NCBI GenBank assembly: GCA_964566255.1
Contig: CAZMID010000001.1
Coordinates: forward strand, 83,152 to 147,151
Length of the DNA: 64,000 bases
Reading direction: 5' to 3'
Source: an uncultured Planctomycetia bacterium
GTDB taxonomy: Bacteria > Omnitrophota > Gorgyraeia > Gorgyraeales > Gorgyraeaceae
The first letter of the stretch is position 1, and each line of letters opens with the position of its first letter. The notes beneath the pieces are model-generated. The model was not told where the DNA came from and made no database searches. It saw only the letters and a list, made by a program, of their open reading frames with translations. Below, piece after piece: positions 62,201 to 64,000 of the stretch. Made by a program: the position numbers and the translations under genes.

Positions 62201-64000
62201 TAACCATCTGGATAACTTCCACTACTCTGACCCAATTTTAAGTAACCACCTACTGTGAGATTATAGCCATTTGTATCTAAAGTACACACTGAGCCTGCAG
62301 TATGCATTCCATACACTTTAAGATTTCCAGTAATATTCCAATTACCAGTCATAGTGTTAGTAATAGAAGCTCCTTCACCCTGCATATATACATATCCGTT
62401 AATGGTCATAGCTCCTTGGGTTTTGTTGTTATTTCTATTTAAGACAACATTTGAATTAATAGTAGCGCCTGAACCTATAGTAATATAATCATTTACCGAA
62501 ACGTTATAAACGGATAGTATCGTACCATTAATAGTAGAATTAGCTCCCAAAATAACCTGTCTAACTATACTACTTGTAGTACTCGCAGTTATACTTGGAG
62601 CTAATTCATATATTTTAAGAGCGTTAGTATAATAATAGTTTGAAAGAGTTCCACTTGCTGTCTGATACCATTTGCCGGTTGAAGTTATACGAGTTGATGC
62701 ATAAGGAACAGTAAGATTTACAAAATTCACCTGCCTACCATTGTCAACTAATAACCCTTGATTAATAGTAATAGTACCTGTTGATGTAAGATCATGTCCT
62801 GAAGTGGCACTCAAAGTAATTGTTCCTGTATAATCATTAGTCATTGTCAAATCCACCACTGAAACCGCACCGCTTGTATTACAATCAGCTGTTGAAGTAG
62901 AATTAAATATTATATTATCTCCTGCAATTGGCACCGTATCGCATGTCCAGTTGGCTGCAGTTGAATATGCATTATCTGCCCCATCATTGGTCCAGATAAA
63001 ATTATTTGTAAAAGTCCAATTTGTGTTATTTCCACCGTTGGTTGATCGACATGCTGTAACTGCATTTCCACCAGATGAATTCATGTATGAAGCACTTACA
63101 TATACAACCTCTGCTGTTCCTGATACTGTAAGAGGTGAATCATTAGCTGCTGTTACAGGACCTAGTGTAATTAAGTTTCCATTGGCACCCTTTAAGTACA
63201 TTACCCCTGAAACCGTAGTAGTATTGGTAGAATCAAACTTTATAGTCTTACCTGCTGTAACACAACGTAAATTAACAAATGTACTTGTTCCTGTGATTTC
63301 TGAGGTGCCGGCTCCAGCAATTAATAAGGTAGAACCAGTATCAGCTGTAAGAGTACCGTTATTTGTAAAGTCACCACTTATAGTAAAAGTAATATTATCA
63401 TCAATGTGGAATACACCATTATTCTGTATAGTAACATTACCGACTGTAGTTCCAGTAATACCACTCTTAATCAAAGTAGTTGCCGTAGGAGCATCTACGC
63501 TATTATTATCAATTATTAGATCTCCTGCATTAGCACCCTGAGATGCTGTTTGTTTATAAATTGTACCAGCAGCACCTGTATGAATACCATTATAACTTGA
63601 TCCTCCATATGCCTGCATTGTAATACTTCCGAATGTATTTCCTGATGTCAATTTAACCGCTATTCTGCCGCCACCGCCGCCGCCATTGCCGCCGGCTGCA
63701 GTATCACTGCCGCCATCAGCTCTTATAACTCCTGTTCCACTAATAGTAGCTGTAGTAATATTAACTGTTCCTCCTGAACCGCACCCATAACCATCAGTAA
63801 AACCCACAGATCCTGCTGATATCGTTCCATTAATTGTTGTTGCGCCTGTAACAGTTAATATAGCTGCGCCGCCGCCATTATTAGTATTAGCAGATGAGCC
63901 GCCATCGCCTGCACTACCTATATTTACAGGGTTAGTTATAGAACCATAGGTAGTTCCATTTGTGCCATTTGGGTCTTTCCCTTCTCCTCCATATCCTGCT
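50206..64000 (-). CDS. Giant repetitive surface/adhesin-like protein (more than 4,597 aa; N-terminus beyond the window)
   Basis: Single uninterrupted minus-strand frame; the frame is still open at the window edge (checked by translating 63808-64000). Gly/Thr/Asn/Ser-rich with beta-helix-like repeats; nine tandem ~88-aa Ig-like domains; a Ser/Thr/Ala low-complexity linker; a C-terminal coiled-coil-like domain. No LPxTG or PEP-CTERM signal. Confidence 0.8.
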   Translation of the reverse strand, partial: AGYGGEGKDPNGTNGTTYGSITNPVNIGSAGDGGSSANTNNGGGAAILTVTGATTINGTISAGSVGFTDGYGCGSGGTVNITTATISGTGVIRADGGSDTAAGGNGGGGGGRIAVKLTSGNTFGSITMQAYGGSSYNGIHTGAAGTIYKQTASQGANAGDLIIDNNSVDAPTATTLIKSGITGTTVGNVTIQNNGVFHIDDNITFTISGDFTNNGTLTADTGSTLLIAGAGTSEITGTSTFVNLRCVTAGKTIKFDSTNTTTVSGVMYLKGANGNLITLGPVTAANDSPLTVSGTAEVVYVSASYMNSSGGNAVTACRSTNGGNNTNWTFTNNFIWTNDGADNAYSTAANWTCDTVPIAGDNIIFNSTSTADCNTSGAVSVVDLTMTNDYTGTITLSATSGHDLTSTGTITINQGLLVDNGRQVNFVNLTVPYASTRITSTGKWYQTASGTLSNYYYTNALKIYELAPSITASTTSSIVRQVILGANSTINGTILSVYNVSVNDYITIGSGATINSNVVLNRNNNKTQGAMTINGYVYMQGEGASITNTMTGNWNITGNLKVYGMHTAGSVCTLDTNGYNLTVGGYLKLGQSSGSYPDGYQGAILFSSGTHSIGGKIYVEGQYTHGHFNLGSGTVSVGGDIDFRYASVTVGTSTVTLTGATPTIYSIVDYTYKDGGDPLNTAPFYNLISTTAGQTIDFEDGKTVTVANDLTFTGADGNLITLDSVTGGATTWNLNLSGNSLNCAYLDVKNSDASSGNAIATISSTDSTGNTNWYFGSAGEVVWTNAGGDGLFSTAGNWSTGAVPGAGDTAMFSSASTADCSLAGATPTVANFTMQDGYTGTVTLSGTADQDLTVTDTISIADGTFNDNSRQVNIVNLSIAYETGRLSSNGTFKQTASGTIRNAHYTNPIRTLEIDASVTATLTGLTHAARLILGNNSTITGGSILKLYPYTKATFDDCITQGTGTTISCTVYMQLNHSRTQGAITTSGDLNIKEADSVTVTMTGNWTVGGNLTIHGRPAAGSKATLDTNGNNLTVSGYLRLGDATVTANSDLGEILFSSGTHSIGGNMYVYADADTAGTFNLGSGTISVGGNVNFRRATVVEGTSTVTITDDSRLYACTTGDDINTTPFYNLTCTTAGKALTFEASKTVTIANNLTFTGADGNLITLDSTTPDTAWNLNVSGAATGMNYLDVEDSNASSGDDIVTLNSTDSTGNTGWVFGSANDTYWTNNSGDGLFGTAANWSTGSVPTSSSNVIFDSDFSTANCSLTGASYEIANLTLADDFATSDSYATTGKVSLSTTGGQNLTVSDTVTLQNGKVIDNGRTVNFVNVAIDNEATRLTSTGIWNQTASGTVSNPKNHSNKFNYELADEVTGTISGTSYFKKLVLGANSTVTGGTIFIRPTVNNFIVQDSSATISSNITFATGSKSLGALTISGNVSMVDYAGTITMNGNWDITGNLTIYGVWTEGIGSICTLDTNANTLTVSDNLRLGYSHPSYEDRIYGGILFSSGTHSIGGSLYVHGANTAGTINLGSGTVSVGGDIDFSHSDVTIGTSTVTLIGADTATLYADDFSNIPFHNLTCTEPDKQINFEAGKTVTIANDLTLTGTSGTDNDITLRSSSDGTAWNLNLSGNSLDCAYLDVKDSDASSGNGIATLSSTDSTGNTNWYFGSAGETVWTNGAGDGLFSSAGNWSTGSVPGAGDTVMFSSASTDNCSVTDPYTIANLTLNDDYTGTVTLSPTADEDLTVTDTITLQNGTLDDNGRTINFVNLAIDHEANRIASTGTFKQTADGTIISTYGNYPLYIYEVASGVTATLTGATYAQRIILGANSTVNGSTLYLWAPTVNDSFTQGSGATINSNIAWYNMGTNITQGTITTAAGSNVSVSGGNKTLTMTGNWNVGGDLRIYGGYGQIKNTLDTNGNNLTITGDLRLGLNNVSYLDKYYGEILFSSGTHTIGGKLYTAGQYTHGYINFGSGTINVAGDVDFRYSTVTDVGTSTVNLTTAGAATIYSIIDYDYDKEGDALNTAPFYNLNCTVAGKPLTFVAGKTVTVAGNLTFTGADGNLITLDSTSAGNAWNINLSGIAVGMSYLDVQDSNASSGNAIATISSTNSGNNTNWYFGLANDVIWTNGAGNGLFATAGNWSTESVPGASDNVIFNSTSTADCSVNQALAVTNFSMQDGYTGTVTLSATGGQNLTSTGTIIVNDGTLVDNGRTVNFVNATIADEASRLTSTGIWNQTASGNVSNSQESSNTFSTYQIANSVTATLTAETCAKRLILGTNSTITGSMVTLYNPAINNFITQGSGATISSEVSMRINAARSQGALTFGGNVQYNWTNNLTLTMTGNWSVGGNLIIYGSSGTGSKATLNTNGNNLTVTGNLQLGFNSGSYPNALYGEVLFSSGTHSIGGNLYVPGEYTHGYVNFGTGATSVAGDMDLTYGTVSSSTGTLNMTDDNANIAIPGNFSIATLNMNGATQTLTLGGNLAVSTQFTPGTSSATFTATDSGNTVNIPVYSGGSPTLNKFYNLIFNGASGSWSTTNNLRVENDLTLTQGTFSDNNNTVYVGRDLIASGTSTRQYTITAGTSMTVVRDLIFSGSGGTFTVDTNTLLVGRHLNVSASNTFTHFETTTITLNGAAAQTFTTGDITFDTVNFSGAGPFTITGDFTVDDTATVTGTKTINCSGSFVIATTFTPATSTVVFNGTSSGKTIDIPIVNSFYNMTVNGSEGEWTLQKNLTVSNNLTLTLGKLIDNAKTVSFVNLSTAAVTDLLTSTGTWTQTASGTINCQHSGSKINDLVLASTGVTSTLDGDIHANKLTLADGTIAGATNDIYLYGALSGMISPAGATTVSSTLGNIYLEALTSQIAFQLPDSLVSGKVYVKATTQGGITALGNWNFSNNTVAFYETPAQDSFIDLDGNNLSCGDLKLGHDAQITYGADLRLDGGTHSIANISKAYSGTPTGTQAMNMESSTINCSGSLDFTNIALTSGTSTVNMTSSTGAKTVKAGGQTLNHLTFNDADTTWTLQDTLDVKGNLTLTAGTFTHNSRNVTISGTSGSISIIDGPFTFYNFSCTSEGKVLQFKQGETQTMTGTFTITGGAGADRVQIRSPIAGLTHTLAPAAVSVSYADIKDSTLTAERIGTNCFDSGNNTNWVLNPTFEITTPASGATLNVDSTPEIAWTSSGGITEVKLWYSTDASAGTPTWTLITPVAIANSDGANTYDWTVADAISEDCKIKVAAVLNGAVEESVLDLSDTFNIRGVLALTYPNDEGIGWPVGTARNITFTKTGTLGDVKVYCSTTGAEGDVWGEALATTSGTSYEWSPSGGHQSNNVYIKVTDADNEANVYDISDNSFTVGAGSLTAVTITDAGGDTERTTFICGNSYDIGWTTTGTVASVNISYSIDGGTNWTNIKTSVTNDDEYNGTGTGDDGPWAVENTPSANVLIKVAHSSDSNIYAVTDATTIATPFTVTTPPADIILTAGTAYVIGWTTTAGVSADTVTIEYSLTGSGSWTEINEGDYTATNDHSEVWNITAGLSTTTAKVRISDASDSTTYAYVDSSTFSLKRGSLAVTSPNSTVTWKVGTQHPIEWSTTGVINNVRLYYATDGDLETPTWNALVGGSLDDATGQYNWTIPDAISDNCLVKIVDAEDSGIFDISDAVFSIKPEFTLTAPNGGQDWAVGTTNDITWTNTGTVSQVDLQYSTNSGSTWTDIVTGLSNTGTYTWTVPTADSSNCKIKIISTSDSTVSDTSDAVFTISLASITITAPVAGNIWVRNDTNTIKWSTAGTCYDDMKIQYSPSGTFSGDVVDIATGETNDGTYSWEIPNDLTVSDTAKIRAQDMTWDTAGYDVIGTSGVFEITAPRIDLTAPNGGDTLTVAGSTDITWTSRGESIGANVEIRYSTDNFSSSTLIVDSTLDDGTYTWTDIPDDISDTVKVRVYDDSNLSIYDTSDTNLSIKGALTITSPAADATFYVGVAQDIEWTTTGTIANVDLFYSSDGGTTWKNMADLESTDEGYADSEIANDGSYSWSSPDAVNNDNTPKAISFKIVDSSDSTVYGTRDFTNSYYAATLNVTDLAGLVGHLRALAVTINYSSTGLTFGDFTGVVSPATQYFTPNVQFSVEVSRNGYLAGSTNFLADENDKTINIALDAAAINKERTVEIEHYYRPSTDMLYLNARLREQENLIPKNDEDNSIVGVTEFYVQIFDGNTEVLTSTTATTTLNTTGEFLAVWEDVRADGYLEEGTRYSARVRAEYEGTYHWNMNIIDITEAMTMYRINRAFGMSDADMLSGGDSIVSRLTASTTSLATTVASQATLTKAAVTASASTTQAAITAGTASTATAITTSQSTIASAVTSSQSSITSAVTKQASARIINEYTNFEAGDTFQIRYRTTSGITCTVSIYDADEETVVSAASMSEVGTTGIYTYDFETDDEGLYSIVCSGSNGTTDVIAVAAISADLETISSNITAVMGSVSGIDTASLASAAATIATLESSLATLSGALGGLTSMASEVDSISSELNQSISSALANISKAFDNVTSQVGVDLGNMGKIVEEGKSDRKYIQEKQEEVKAGVDLVRDIIEQGNDAPVQTTWMVSSETAEMDTGIIETIEE
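50930..51180 (-). repeat. Ser/Thr/Ala low-complexity linker coding region of the giant protein
   Basis: Encodes LTASTTSLATTVASQATLTKAAVTASASTTQAAITAGTASTATAITTSQSTIASAVTSSQSSITSAVT. Confidence 0.6.
51900..54580 (-). repeat. Array of nine tandem ~85-95-aa Ig-like beta-sandwich domains (Kre9/KNH-like pattern) in the giant protein
   Basis: Recurring pattern: TxPxxGxxWxVGxxxxIxWxxxGxxxxVxLxYSxDGGxTWxxIxxxxxxxGxYxWTxPxxxSxxCKIKIxxxxDS. Confidence 0.6.
57100..63500 (-). repeat. About five tandem ~1.34-kb coding repeats (~445-aa units, alternating A/B subtypes) inside the giant gene
   Basis: DNA segments at ~57.6, 58.9-59.1, 60.4, 61.5-61.8 and 63.0-63.1 kb are 75-85% identical at a ~1340-nt period. 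The protein units repeat motifs such as TGADGNLITLDS ... WNLNLSGNSL ... YLDVKDSDASSGN ... STDSTGNTNWYFG ... WTNGAGDGLFSTAGNWSTGSVPGAGD. Confidence 0.7.

Noticed and set aside
57100-63500. Possible CRISPR array suggested by periodic repeats
   Set aside because: The repeats are 1.34 kb long, diverged (75-85% identity) and lie inside a continuous open reading frame. There are no short direct repeats with unique spacers and no cas genes.
63661-63715. GC-rich (GCC)n-like tract encoding a poly-Gly run near the 5' end of the giant gene, as a potential phase-variation site
   Set aside because: The tract is short, imperfect and in-frame (it encodes GGNGGGGGG). There is no homopolymer or perfect SSR long enough to argue for slipped-strand switching.

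Overview
AT-rich, very compact window. Nearly all genes sit on the minus strand and are often joined by overlapping start and stop codons. From low to high coordinates it contains:

- **1-5 kb:** glycolysis and nuclease genes (ApgM-family mutase fragment, phosphofructokinase, secreted thermonuclease) and a PilZ-domain membrane protein.
- **5-10 kb:** a plus-strand marR/TolC-like OMP/RND efflux operon with a clear sigma70 promoter.
- **10.2-22.7 kb:** a group-4 membrane-bound [NiFe]-hydrogenase of the Mbh/Mrp type (Mrp antiporter module EFG-D-C-B-B'-A, NuoD-like large subunit, NuoC/NuoB/NuoH-like subunits, ferredoxins, HycI protease) plus a HydB/HydG (AsrA/AsrB)-like flavo-iron-sulfur module.
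- **22.8-32.6 kb:** a NIL-ferredoxin/UPF0280 pair, hypA-E-D-C with a C-terminal-only hypF, a MetE/URO-D-like gene, and bioD-bioF-(Rossmann protein)-bioB with a BirA-type operator.
- **32.6-40.3 kb:** a T2SS/T4P-like cluster (PilO, PilMN, GspK/J/I/G/F/E).
- **38.3-48.5 kb:** F-type ATP synthase genes (c, fused b-delta, alpha, gamma, beta, truncated epsilon) interleaved with a sensor kinase pair and the gsp genes; no a subunit at the locus.
- **48.5-64 kb:** a secreted gluzincin-like protein, a membrane protein, and a giant repetitive surface-protein gene of more than 4,597 codons that runs off the window.

The giant repeat-rich gene, the compaction and the T4P/T2SS content suggest, as inference only, an Omnitrophota-like or similar reduced lineage. 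No rRNA, tRNA, CRISPR or mobile elements were seen. The most notable items are the giant adhesin-like gene, the scrambled ATP synthase/gsp/two-component operon, the bioA-less bio operon with a candidate replacement enzyme, the truncated HypF, and three sharply defined regulatory palindromes (BirA-box-like, CRP/FNR-like, MarR-operator-like).
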